This document shows, piece by piece, positions 51,530-63,867 of a stretch of DNA of 64,000 bases. Origin of the DNA: Eledone cirrhosa (Eukaryota). The notes beneath the pieces were generated by a model. It was not told where the DNA came from. It saw only the letters and a list, made by a program, of their open reading frames with translations, and did not search any database. A program made the translations under genes and the position numbers. The stretch lies in the NCBI GenBank assembly GCA_964016885.1, contig CAXHJY010001404.1:62001-126000 (forward strand), written 5' to 3'. Within the stretch, counting starts at the first letter, position 1. The number at the start of each line of letters is the position of its first letter.

Positions 51530-52425
51530 ATGAGTTGTACTGCCCTCACTAGCCACTCTTCTACACCTAGTTTCCTAAATGCCCACCAGATTACAGAACG
51601 GGGAACCCTGTCAAACGCTTTCTCTAAGTCGACAAATGCTAAGTAAAGGGGTTTGCTTTTAGCTAGATACTTCTCATGCAGTTGCCTCATAAGGAAGAGG
51701 GGATTCGTGGTACTTTTTCCTGACACAAATCTGAATTGCATCTCATCTACTCTCAGGTCCCAAATTGTAGTGGGGGGGGGGTAGAATAAGCAGAGGACTT
51801 GGAAAATCATTAATTTTTCTTGGGCGTCTCCATTGATTTTTAAAAAAAATAAAATTAGTTGTTTAATTTACATATTGAGATCCCAACCTATCCTATATAT
51901 TTTATAATGTATGCGATTTTTAGTAATGTACTTTCTTGGTCATGTACAATGTTTTTTAATGTATAGAGAAAATTTATTGTCAAAGGAATGCTAAAAAAAT
52001 TTTTACTGGAGACAGATTAGCAAAATTTAATAAGCGAGGTGTTAGAAAAATATGAAAAGTTAACAAGTGGAGGGGTGAGGGTGTGGCTATTATTCGAGAC
52101 CCATGAGTAGGTTAATTTGATCCCTAATCGCTTGTACAATGACTCTTTCTGTAACTTTCATCACCTGGTCAATCAGAGTGTTACCATGGTAATTCCTCTG
52201 TCTAGTGCATCACCTTTGCCCTTGTAGCAGTTGAAGATGATACTGCTATGCTAGTCATTGGGTACAGCACCATTTTGTATTACTTGATTAACAATATAGG
52301 TAATTATGGTGTGTCGTACCATCCCAGATGCTTCCTGCATCTCAGCAACTATTCCTGATGACCCTACTGCTTTGCCTATTTTCATGTCTTTAATTGTCTT
52401 ACTTACTACACTGCAACTAACTTGT
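51530..52425 (-). mobile_element. Split RTE RT fragments (51530-51755 and 52115-52425) with an AT-rich insert between them
   Basis: ORF 51463-51810 DEMQFRFVSGKSTT..FVDLEKAFDRVP; the second piece carries the preceding GKAVGSSGIVAEM and CYKGKGDAL motifs. Confidence 0.8.
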
Positions 52426-52429
52426 ACCA

Positions 52430-52613
52430 TCGGGCAAAAGAAAATACAGGAGGATCAGTTAATTACAAGTTTATTCAACTTATTCCCGTCAGATTCACAC
52501 ACTTATTGCAGCATTCCTTCAGTTTTCTAAGACTTGTCAAAAGAACTCGGACGGTTGGGCCTCCAACCAGGCCTTTGTAGCAGCGGTCATGCCAATAACT
52601 TTTCAGCACCCCC

Positions 52614-52618
<5 letters not shown>
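52430..52618. mobile_element. Mariner-derived non-autonomous fragment
   Basis: Terminus reads ta-caagggggtgctgaaaagttattggc on the minus strand, next to a TA run; internal aagtttattcaac..agattcacacacttattgcagc. Confidence 0.45.
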
Positions 52619-52639
<21 letters not shown>

Positions 52640-52644
<5 letters not shown>

Positions 52645-53345
52645 ATCATCATCATTACTGTTTTACGTCCATTTTCCACACTAACTTGGTTTAGACGAGT
52701 TGTCCTGTTGTGGGCAATGCTAGATCAGGTGACCATGTCTTGCTCATACAGAACTGATTTTGGCTTGGTTTCTACAGCTAAATGCCCTCACTAATGCCAA
52801 CCTCCTTTACAGTGAGTACTGGGTGTTTTTTGTTGTGATGTCTACGCAAGCACATTAAAGAGTGGGCTGGGTGCTTTTTATGGTGACACCTACACGACCA
52901 CTTTACAATGTGGGATCGGTGATTTTTGTTGTGAAGCCTACACAATCACTTTACAGTGTGGGCTGGGTGCTTTTTGTTGTGACACCTACATGTGGGAAGG
53001 TGGGATGGAGTTGGGTGGGGGCATACTGTATATATGTGCGTCAGCTTTGGCCTGTGCCTGTGAGAACTCGGGTCTTCTGTATCACTGTGTAATGCCAGAG
53101 ATTTTGATCCTGTGTTAACACCTTTGAATGATGTAATTGGGCAACGTCAGCTTTTATCTCCTCAACCCAAGTGCTCTTGGGTCTCCCCACTCCAAGGATT
53201 CCATTGACTGAGTGCTCTGCACCTTTTTATGCAGCTGTCATCCTTCATATGCATCACATGTCCATACCAATGTAATCTCCCCTCCCCCACACTGCATTTG
53301 ATTCCTCTTATACCTAGTCACTCTCTTAGTTCATTTATGCTTTAC
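52640..53345 (-). mobile_element. RTE LINE 3' end and UTR
   Basis: Reverse complement similar to 1400-1995. Confidence 0.8.
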
Positions 53346-53569
53346 ACACACACACACACACACACATGATGGATTTGAAACCCCATGGCTGCAAGTTTCT
53401 TAACCACATAGCAATGCCCTCACCCATGACACATTTCAATAATCAATTTTTCTCCATCATTTTTATATAAAGTAATTTTGTTTTTATAAAGAGTTGAAAG
53501 GTCTCTTCAGTCATGTCAAGTCCACAATAACCTCTGTAGTGTTGGAGTTCTACCTGATAAACATACCCT

Positions 53570-55285
53570 GTCGTCGACTTGGAGAAAGCCTTCGACAGAG
53601 TCCCCTGTTCCATTATCTGGTGGTCTCTTAGAAAACTAGGTGTTGACGAATGGCTTGTGAGAGCTATACAAGCCATGTATAAAGAAACAGTCAGTAAGGT
53701 TAGAATTAACAACGAATATAGTGAAGAGTTTAGCGTAAAAGTTGGTGTCCATCAGGGCTCTGTTCTTAGCCCCCTACTATTTATTATTGCCCTTCAGGCT
53801 ATAACAGAGGAGTTCAAGACCGGCTGCCCATGGGAACTCCTATACGCAGATGATCTAACGCTCATAGGTGAATCAATGACCGAACTAGAGAAGAAATTCC
53901 AAACATGGAAGCACGGCCTAGAATCAAAAGGCCTTAAAATTAACCTGGCTAAGACAAAAGTTCTAGTTTGTAGGAAAGAAAATATGGCGGCAGTCCCATC
54001 TGGGAAATGGCCATGCTCAGTGTGTAGGAAAGGCGTAGGTAGAAACTCCATTTTATGTCCCAAATGCAAAGTATGGGTGCATAAAAGATGTAGTGGGATC
54101 ACAGGTAAGCTAACTAAGAACATAGATTTTACATGTGGCCGGTGCTCTGGTGCAATAAGCAGCAGCAAGTGCCCACAAAATACTAGCTCCTTCAACTGCG
54201 CAGAGGGTTCTATAGAAATAGTGGACAGCTTCCGTTACCTGGGTGACAAAATCAGCAGTGGGGGAGGGTGCTCTGAAAGTACAGTAGCTAGAGTCAGAAC
54301 TGGATGTAAAAAGTTCAGAGAGCTTATACCACTATTAGCCGCTAGAGGGTTCTCCCTAAAAATGAAAGGCAGGTTATACGATGCCTGCATACGAACAGCA
54401 ATGCTGCATGGCAGTGAGACCTGGGCATTGTGTGCAGAGGATATACGCAGACTAGAGAGGAACGAAGCTTGCATGCTCCGCTGGATGTGCAATAGTAATA
54501 TACGTGAACGGCAAAGCATAAACGAACTAAGGAAAAAATTAGAAATAAGAGGGATCAGATGTTGTTTACTCGAGAGAAGGCTACGTTGGTACGGTCACGT
54601 GATGCGCATGAAAGACGACAGCTGTATAACAAAGTGCAGGGCAATAAAGATAGACGGTAGCCACGGAGTAGGCAGACCCAGAAAAACATGGGACGAGCTG
54701 ATAAATTCCGACCTCACACGCTTACACCTCTCCAAGACAATGTCACTGGACCGAGACCTTTGGCGGTACTCAGTAATAGAGAAGACCCGCCTTACCTAAA
54801 TACAAAGTAAAAACCTACTACAGTCAGTAGGCATCTCTATCAAAACACCACCCCATCCACACCGCCCCTTTCAATGTACAGTTATTTTGGTCCCACAACA
54901 TCCAGGCCGAAACAAATGAGATCGTGTAGGTGTCACGACAAAAAAACACACAGTCCACGCTGTAAATGTGGCCGTGTAGGCAACACGGTAAAAACCTCCC
55001 AGCCCCACACTGTAAATGTGGTTGGTGTTAGGAAGGGCATCCAGCTGTAGAAAACCCGCCAGACAGTCCACGCTGTAATGTGGCCGTGTAGGCAACACGG
55101 TAAAAACCTCCCAGCCCCACACTGTAAATGTGGTTGGTGTTAGGAAGGGCATCCAACTGTAGAAAACCCGCCAGACAGTCCTATGCGAGCAAGACAACCA
55201 CTCTTGCCTCAAGTGGGAAAACCCCCGTCCAAACCCATGCAAGCGTGGAACACGGACGCTAAACCTGATGATGATGATGATGATG
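53570..55285 (+). mobile_element. Young 5'-truncated RTE LINE
   Basis: Uninterrupted 406-aa ORF, 3' UTR and (GAT)n tail. Confidence 0.95.
53579..54799 (+). CDS. RTE LINE ORF C-terminal half: RT (partial), inserted PHD-like finger, C-terminal domain
   Basis: EKAFDRV, GVHQGSVLSPLLF, LLYADD, CSVC-x10-CPKC-x4-H-x2-C-x14-CGRC, FRYLG, LRWYGHV; no true start (truncated). Confidence 0.85.
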   Translation: MEKAFDRVPCSIIWWSLRKLGVDEWLVRAIQAMYKETVSKVRINNEYSEEFSVKVGVHQGSVLSPLLFIIALQAITEEFKTGCPWELLYADDLTLIGESMTELEKKFQTWKHGLESKGLKINLAKTKVLVCRKENMAAVPSGKWPCSVCRKGVGRNSILCPKCKVWVHKRCSGITGKLTKNIDFTCGRCSGAISSSKCPQNTSSFNCAEGSIEIVDSFRYLGDKISSGGGCSESTVARVRTGCKKFRELIPLLAARGFSLKMKGRLYDACIRTAMLHGSETWALCAEDIRRLERNEACMLRWMCNSNIRERQSINELRKKLEIRGIRCCLLERRLRWYGHVMRMKDDSCITKCRAIKIDGSHGVGRPRKTWDELINSDLTRLHLSKTMSLDRDLWRYSVIEKTRLT

Positions 55286-56383
55286 TACATTGTAAAATGA
55301 TTAGTGATAGGAAGGGCATCTAACTGAAGAAAACCTTCCAAATGAAGAGCTTGGAGGACTTTTCAGCTATGTCCAAGACATGCCAGACTTCCTGGTGCTG
55401 GTATTTCGATAAAATGCACCCGATGTACTCAATAGAGTGTGGGAACATATATGAGGGAGATCCAGGCCCCTTGGTTTAACTGAGAAGTCAGCAGCCCTGC
55501 TTAAATATTGGGTTGGTCTGTGACAACTCGTCCAACTAGTAGGGAAAACGGACGCTGGATGGTGATGATGATGGTGAAGAAGACAGCTACGCCTTTTCCT
55601 ATTAAATTAAATTCAATTTAAAAAACAAAACAAAATGAAGAAATAAATATATAAAAGCTAAATAAATAAATAAACTAAGCACAAGAATATTTTCTAAATC
55701 TAAAAATAGATATGTTGGTTAATAGTAGTTTGCTAAATCTGCGTTGAATTCTGCTTAAGCCTGAATTTATCTATTTATTTATTATTTCTATTATTATTAA
55801 ACCTAGCTGCCTTTGGCTTTACAGTTTGGAAATTTAGTATGCTTTAGGAAGTAAGTAATTTGATGTACAATGCTGCCAAGACAATCCCATTAAGTTGCAT
55901 AATATATTTATTATCTGCTGCCTGTGTTTAACATTCTGCTCAACAGTTGGCTCTCTAACTCTCTCTCTCTCCTTGTTCTCTTTATGTATTTATCTATTTA
56001 CATCATTCACTCTTTACCTATCTGTCTATCCTCTCTCTATCTACCTATCCTCCCTCTATCCATTTACCTTTCTCTCTCTCCCTCTTTCCTCTCTCTGTCC
56101 ATCTAACTCTCTATTTATCTATCTATCTCTTTACTTTTCTTTCCTTATCTCTAACTTTCACTTGATATATTGAACACAAATTTCTTCATTCATTTCTTCT
56201 CCTCCCCCTCTCTCTCATTTGAATTTTTTTTTTTTTTTTGCTGATAAGAATCAAATCTATTCTTCATTTTCACTAAAAACTAACCAATTTACAATTCTAC
56301 TGAAGACCTTTGGTTAATTGAATATTTTCTCATTAAAATTGTCCCTCTGTGCCTGCTAGATCTCAGGCAGGAAAGGTAGAATA

Positions 56384-56770
56384 TCATCATCACCGTTTTA
56401 CGTCCGTTCTTCCATGCTAGCATGGGTTAGACGGGTTGTCCTGTTGTGGGCAGTCTGTGGTCGGCCGACCATGCCTAGCTCATACAGGGACTGATTTTGG
56501 CTTGATTTCTACAGCTGGATGCCCTTCCTAACACCAACCTCATTTACAGTGAGTGCTGGGTGCTTTTTCCGTGGCGCCTACACGTCCACTTTACAGTGTG
56601 GGCTGGGTGCTTTTTTGCCGTGGCACCTCCACGACCACCTTGCAGTGGGAGGGTGTGGGGGCATATTGTCTATATGCTTCAGCTTGTACCCATGGGAGGT
56701 CGGGTACTCTGTATTACTGCGTGACGCCAGAGATCACGGTCATGTGTCATCGCCTTTGAGAGGTGTAATT
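56384..56770 (-). mobile_element. RTE LINE 3' UTR fragment
   Basis: Close to the reverse complement of 1605-1995. Confidence 0.85.
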
Positions 56771-56865
56771 TGAGAATATATGTTATGTGATTGTGTTATT
56801 CTATGTAATTAAAGTATAGGTTATTCTAGTAGTTGTTATTATTATTATTATTATATATAAAAGAG

Positions 56866-57082
56866 AGGTGGATTGGTAGTATTGTAGAGTGTCAGACAAA
56901 ATGTTTTGCAATATTGAGTTACAACTTTCTTTGTTCTGAGTTCAGATCCCACCAAGTTCAAGTTTGTCATTCATCTTTTGGGGCTCGATAAAATAAGGTT
57001 GATTTAATCAAATTTCCCCTCCCCTTCAAATTGCTGGCCTTGTGCCTAAAATAGAAACAATTATTATTATTATTGTTGTTAT
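56866..57082 (+). mobile_element. Meta-domain SINE whose (ATT)n tail is the Dong insertion site
   Basis: ggtggattggtagtatt head, Meta core, tagaaacaattattattatt tail. Confidence 0.8.
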
Positions 57083-59112
57083 TACTCTTTGAGTCTCAGT
57101 CATTGATGTTAGTTAACTGGAAAGTTTGTTGAAATGAATATCAAGCTACTACCTGCAGCCTCAGATATTCAGGACGTATCGGAGGGTTCTTGCTGTTCCC
57201 AGCAAGCATGCCTTTTGAAGCGTTCCAAAAAGCGTGAAGGGGCCAATTTTCTTTAACCATCCCTGGAAACTTTTTGAGATAGTCCCTAGTGCACCTATGA
57301 CAATCGGGATCACTTTGACTTCATGGCAGTTCCAAATCCTTTTTACCTCCCACTTTAAGTCCTGGTATCGGTTAATTTTCTCCTTCTCCTTCTCTTGCAC
57401 TCTCGTGTCGAATGGGCAGGCCACATCCACAATCAGGCACGATCTTTTTTCTTTGTCCACAACCACCAGGTCAGGTCTATTGTGTTCCAGTTTCTTGTCC
57501 GTCTGTATCCTAAAATCCCACAGCACCTTCACCTGATCGTTTTCTATCACCGCCTCTGGCTTATGCTCATACCATTTCTTAGAATGTGGTAAATTGTTTA
57601 CTTAGCATAGGTGCCAGTGGATCACCCTGCCCATCACATCATGTCTCCAGCCCTTATAGTGAGTCTGGGCTAGGTGTTTACACTCGGATACAATGTGAGC
57701 CACAGTCTCCTCTCTCTCTCCACAGATCCTGCACAGTGGGCTAGCCTCCTCCTTGTAAATATGGTGTTTCAACCACTTCATTTTGAGGGCCTGCTCCTGC
57801 GCAGCCATTAACATTCCTTCTGTAGCCTTTTTAAGGTCTCCTCTTTTCAACCAGTTCCATGTCTGTGGATCTCTAAATTTAGTTTTCTCAAAGAAGGTAC
57901 TATGAAGGGATTTTTCCTGAAGGCTGCTCTTTCTCTTTGATGTTATTTCCTCCTTGGACATCCCCTGGCCTATTGTCCCCTCCTTCAGTACAGTTCTGAG
58001 CATTGGCTCCTTACTACCAGTCACGTATTTGTGTAGGTTGTTTTTCTCCATCTGAACACAGTCCTCTATGCTGATAAGACCTCTTCCACCTTCAGATCTC
58101 CTTAAGTAGAGTCTATCGACATCACTCCTCTTGTGGAACATGTTGTAGATAGTCAATAGCTTCCTAGTCTTCCTATCCATTTCTTTTTGTTCAGCAACAT
58201 TCCATCTCAGAATTCCAGCACTGTACCTAATAATAGACACAGCTCGGGAATTTACTGCACTTATGGCATTCCTACTGTTCAGATGTGACTTTAATACGCT
58301 CCTTACTCTCCGAATGTATTCAGTTATTATCAATTCCTTCATTTTTTTGTTCTTGATGTCATCAGCCTCCAGAACGCCCAAATACTTGTATCCTTCTTCA
58401 GAGTCAATTTCCTTTATCATCTCACCTGTTGGTACCTGGATTCCGTTAATTCTGCTCAACTTACCCCTCTTCATCACAATGACTCCACACTTACTAATAC
58501 CAAATTGCATACATATATCATTGCTGAAAATACAGACAGTGTCAACAAGCACATCCAACTCCTTCTCACTCTTCCCAAAGAGCTTAAGATCGTCCATGAA
58601 GAGGAGGTGATTGATGGTAAGCCGTCCCTTTCCCAACCTGTATCCTGCTCTCACTTTTCGCAGTACACTGGTCAGGGGCATCAGGGCAAGGACAAACAAC
58701 AGAGGGGATAGACTATCTCCCTGGAAGATACCTCTCTTGATCTTCACGCTTCCCAAGGATTCTCCAGTTGATGTTAACTCTGTTTCCCAGGACTTCATAC
58801 TTTTGCCCAACAACTGTCTGATGTTATCTGCCACCTTGAAGATCTCCAGGCTTTTGGTGATCCAAGAATGAGGCACCATGTCAAATGCCTTTTTGTAGTC
58901 TATCCATCCCATAGCAAGACCAGTGTGTCTCCTCTTGCAATTCCTCATTACCATCTTATCAATAAGTAACTGGTCCTTTGTACCACGTGACTTCTTTCGG
59001 CATCCTTTCTGTTCGTCCGGTAACAAGTTGTGTGGAGGTGATGGTAGATTTCCTCAGACATAATGCTTGTCAACAGTTTCCACATTACGGACAGACATGT
59101 GATAGGTCTATA

Positions 59113-59113
<1 letters not shown>
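57083..59113 (-). mobile_element. R4/Dong-clade non-LTR retrotransposon (RT, CCHC, REL endonuclease), 5'-truncated
   Basis: [39 protein letters not shown]-x7-AH-x4-C, RPDLVVVD..IVDVACP..EKINRYQDL; (TAA)n on both flanks. Confidence 0.93.
57161..59113 (-). pseudogene. Dong/R4 ORF with one frameshift (about 59030) and one in-frame TAA (57602-57604)
   Basis: ORFs 57602-59026 and 57161-57550 are in the same frame, joined by HWHLC*VNNLPHSKKWYEHKPEAVIEND. Confidence 0.88.
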
Positions 59114-59147
<34 letters not shown>

Positions 59148-59421
59148 CCTCTTTGGTCAAGACCTTATTGAATTTTTCTAGTTTTACTTGGAAAGGAAGG
59201 TGAGGGTGGAAGTGGGAAAAGTGTTGTCCCCTCCGCTCCCAGTATATTTGTTAAAAGGTGGGTGAATGTAGTGAATGACACTACTCTAAGCATGCACCTG
59301 TGGTCTGGAAGGAACAAAAAAGAGGGTCACTTATCTTGGTGATCTGGGATCTGTGTTGTTCCTTAATTACCTCTGGATGGTGCTTCCTCTTGTTGGGGAA
59401 TTCTGTTGGTATTTATATATT

Positions 59422-59649
59422 GTTAATATAAAGAGTTGAATACTCACGTGCGGAGATGCTATAAAATAGTTTATAAAATAGGATGAAGACTCCTAGAGAT
59501 GGAAAAAGAAATTGCCATCAGCCGTTACAAGAAAATGAACCTCGTACTCCTGATGGCAACTACTTTTTCTATATCTATTGGTCTTTACCCTATTCAATAA
59601 GTTATTTTATAGCATCCCTGCACATGAGCACACTACTCTTTATATTGAC
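59422..59649. repeat. Imperfect foldback element
   Basis: aatataaagagt/actctttatatt, gatgctataaaata/tattttatagcatc, ttgccatcag/ctgatggcaa; centre about 59537. Confidence 0.8.
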
Positions 59650-59858
59650 TTTATCTCCTGAACACTTCATATAAGTCCAGGAGATCAGCTACATATATAT
59701 GATGTTTGTATATATATTATTTTTAGTATTTATTTTTTTTTTCACTTGATTTTACATAAAAGTAGTCCCTACAATCTCTGTTTGTTTTGTCCTTAATGTT
59801 TTCAACCCCAGTGGACAATAAAGAAATTATCATTATTATTTATTATTAGACTTTGAAG

Positions 59859-60085
59859 GGTGGTGGATTGGCAGTATCAGTAGAGCATTGAACGAAATGA
59901 TTTGCAGTATTTAGTTATGACTTTCTATGTTCTGAGTTCAAATGTTAAAACAGTCAGCTTTGCCTTTCATCTTTCTGGGGTCAGCAAAAATAAAGTTCTA
60001 GTTAAGTACTGGGGTCAATATAATCAATATTCCCCTTCCCCCAAATTGGAATTATACCAATGTCAGAAACCATTGTTATTTATTG
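59859..60085 (+). mobile_element. Meta-domain SINE
   Basis: ggtggattggcagtatcagtagagc head and Meta core. Confidence 0.75.
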
Positions 60086-61950
60086 CTGTTGTTATTTTAC
60101 ATATAAACTTAAATTTATTAGTGGTCTTTAGCCTAGATGTCAAGAGCCAATTTTTTAAATCCCAAGTCAACATCACCTCTACCGTCATCAGTATTGCTTT
60201 AAGCCTGATTTTCTATGCTGACATGGATTGGACATGTTATACAGCCAGATACCATTCTTGTTGCCTTTTATAATATGGAGAATATATTGTAAAACTGAGA
60301 AATCTAATTTCAACCTAAACTTATAGCTTGTGCATTAATTCTTTTGATACCGACCTTCCCAAAACCCATTTTAAAGAGATCTTATTTGAACTGAAAAATT
60401 CCAACATAATTTTGTATAAGGAACTCTATATTATTTCTATGTTTAACTGAATGGTTAGAGCATTCAACCAGAATTTGATGGATATAGAATTTAATTTTCT
60501 GTAGCAGCTGCTACTCATAGGGGTATTTTACCCAATTTTCTAAGCTATTATTTATATCAACCAACTTTGGGATACCTACATTTTCCAGCAATATATTATA
60601 TTACAAATACTATCTTAATAATTGTTTCTACTTTTAGCACAAGGCCAGCAATTATCCCAGTGCATTACTGGTGCTTTAATGAAATAATTTTAGTAATCTT
60701 TCCAAATATCTCATTAATCAATTCAAATACAATGTAATTTATTAAATATATGGTAATGAAAAGGTTAATTTATCACCTGAGTTTAATATCACCCCCTAGT
60801 AGGTGGGTGACTTTAGCAGAATCCACTCTGTTGCATTCAAATCCGGTCTCAAGTTTGAGAACACCCTCTATCCTTCTAGTCTCAGAAGTCCTGAAACAAT
60901 AAAGATGGATGCTGCCCCTTCCCTTTTCTCCTTGACAACTGTTGAAAAAACAAAAAATGGATAACCACAGAGCTTCAAATCTTGGAGAGAATTAACCTCA
61001 GTACTTGACTGGTACTTTATTTTATCTGAGCCTGTAAACCATTTTGTTTAGAACTCTAATAATTCTGCCAGTTTACCACATTTTCTTTCCATATTATTGG
61101 AATTATCTCTGCAAGCAATCTTCTGTAGTCTTTTTAACAACGTGTATTCTTTTTATTCATATTTTTCTATGGGTTTTTGTGAGATTTTCAAATTATGCAT
61201 TCTTCCTGTTGTTTTTGTAGATTGTCAAAATTGTTGTTATAATTTTTTTTTTATCCTTTTTCTTTTTTGGTCAATTTTTTTCTTTCCCTAACATTGAAAT
61301 TATTTCTTTTAAAAATAGGAAGCCAACAAATAGTTTGTGTAAATTAAATTTCAAAAGTAGTGAAAATAGGAATTAAAAATCTGAAAATTTTCCATGACTA
61401 CCTGTTGCTGTTGATGTTATTGTGGTTGTATCAGCTGCTGCTGTTGTTGTCTCTTTGTTTGGTAAATTTATTAAATTGGTAACAACTGAGCTGTTTCTTC
61501 TACATGTCTTCTTAATTATTCATGAAAATTAATTGTTTTCTGATGAATGAGTATTTTCTGTTACCCCACTAAATATATGTGTGTGTGTGTGTATATATGT
61601 GTCTCTGTATATATATTTATATGCATGTTTGTGTGTGTATAGTTGTATTTTATACTACCTTTGTAGACATGTATTTGTGTGAGTGTATGTGTAATTATTT
61701 TAGACTACTGCTGTGGACTATATGTATGTGTAAATATTTTACATACTACCTCAGTAGATATATGTATGTTTTTGAGAGTGTGTGTCTGTGTGTATGTTTG
61801 TATATATGTAATTTTTTCAACTATGTATGGTCTTCGTTGGGACTTAATAGAGAAACGTGTGTGTGCGCGTGTGGATGCATATTTTTGTGTCTCTATATGT
61901 GTGTGTGTTATATTTATTTATGTGTAAGTACTATTTGATATTTAAACCCC

Positions 61951-62135
61951 TTAACACTTTAGCATTTATATTACTCTATATTTACTATTATATTTTCATG
62001 GTAAAGGCTTTACCTCACATAATATTGAGAGCAACACTTTAACATTGATATCAGCGGCCAGTTACAGCCGGTTTGAACAGAAAGAGGTGAGAGAATTCCA
62101 GCCGGATACAGCCAGTTTAAATGCTAAAGGGCTAA
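61951..62135. mobile_element. TTAA-type MITE with TIR c(c/a)ctttagcattta
   Basis: ttaa-cactttagcattta ... taaatgctaaaggg-ctaa. Confidence 0.65.
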
Positions 62136-62194
62136 AGAACATAAAGACAATAAATATACCATACACAATTTGATGGTGGTAAATAGTAGAAATA

Positions 62195-62412
62195 GTGATT
62201 TCTAGTATAGGCACAAGGCCAACGATTTGAGGGGAGGAGAAAGTTGATTAAATCGACCCCAGTACGTTTCTGGTACTTTATTTTATCGACCTCGTAAGGA
62301 TGAAAGGCAAAGTTAACCTCAGCGGGATTTGAACTCAGATCATAAAGGGCCGTAATTCAATGCGACAAAGCATGGCGTCTGGCCCCCTACCGATACTGCC
62401 AATCCACCGCTC
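62195..62412 (-). mobile_element. Full-length Meta-domain SINE
   Basis: Complete head-core-tail, CpG-rich (young). Confidence 0.85.
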
Positions 62413-62917
62413 TGAATAGTAGAAATAGTAAAACTGGATTAACATGCTCAACAATATTAAAACTTTTGATACCAACTCGTCCAACACCGCTCCTGGTTCT
62501 ATGAAGCAAATTTACTTACTTAGTCTTAGAAGCTCACGCAACTTGATATGCATAGGGACATTAAGGGCAATCCAGCCTTTCCTATTCTCAGCCATGGCAG
62601 GTACATCATTCCATTCCTTGTTTACCAGTCATAGATCTTGCACAATGTTCTGATGCCAATTCATTTTAGGTCTTCTTTGCTTATTTTACCTTCCACAACG
62701 CAGTGCAAAGTTTGGTTGGCTAGTCCTATTTGTGGCAGTCTGGAAAAGTGTCTAAGCCAGTTAAGGCACCTTTAACAGATTTTTGACGATATTGGCTACT
62801 GACTTGTTCATTCTCTGATTTCTTTATTTGACACCAACGATTATAAATTAAAACCTTCCAACATAGTTTCACTTTTGTTATGTGACAAATACCATTAATA
62901 CTGTATATATATATATA

Positions 62918-63867
62918 CAAAATCCTTTCCTTCTTCCTTCTTCGAAGGCACGGGGCGGTCAAACGCCTAACACCCACAGCCATCATGTGGCCCCCTACCC
63001 TCGCTCTCTCTCACTCCCTCTCTCCCTCTCTCTCTCTCTCTCCCTATAAATATATGATAGGAATTCACTTCGCCAAATTTCATTTCATTGCTTGCTGTTC
63101 AAACGAAACTCATGTAAACGTAATGTACAGACTTCATCTCTCTCTCTCTCTCTCCTAGCGTATTTTCAAAACAATCCATATTTCGTAGCAAGTCCAAATA
63201 GCCAATCTATCGCTAAAACAAACTACATTTTCTGTTTCTATTAAGTGCTAAATACGTTTAGGTTTTTGGACGTATTTAACAGAACAAATTTTGTATTTTT
63301 GTTAATCGCTTGTTACATGCATGGACCCCTATCAATCATTACCTTCTTGCTAGCTATTTTCAAACCTTAATTCCTAACGTATTTTCAAACCCCAATCCCT
63401 AATTCTAGCGTATCTTCAAAACAAAAAAGCAAAATCCTTTCCTTCTTCCTTCTTCGAAGGCACGGGGCGGTCAAACGCCTAACACCCACAGCCATCATGT
63501 GGCCCCCTACCCTCGCTCTCTCTCACTCCCTCTCTCCCTCTCTCTCTCTCTCTCCCTATAAATATATGATAGGAATTCACTTCGCCAAATTTCATTTCAT
63601 TGCTTGCTGTTCAAACGAAACTCATGTAAACGTAATGTACAGACTTCATCTCTCTCTCTCTCTCTCCTAGCGTATTTTCAAAACAATCCATATTTCGTAG
63701 CAAGTCCAAATAGCCAATCTATCGCTAAAACAAACTACATTTTCTGTTTCTATTAAGTGCTAAATACGTTTAGGTTTTTGGACGTATTTAACAGAACAAA
63801 TTTTGTATTTTTGTTAATCGCTTGTTACATGCATGGACCCCTATCAATCATACCTTCTTGCTAGCTA
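62918..63867 (+). repeat. Near-perfect direct duplication (62918-63356 and 63430-63867, period 512)
   Basis: About 438 bp identical by eye apart from a 1-nt indel near the end, including the same (CT)n tracts. Confidence 0.92.

Noticed and set aside
58948-59160. Poly-Asn N-terminus of the Dong ORF
   Set aside because: It is the (TAA)n target microsatellite at the 5' truncation point
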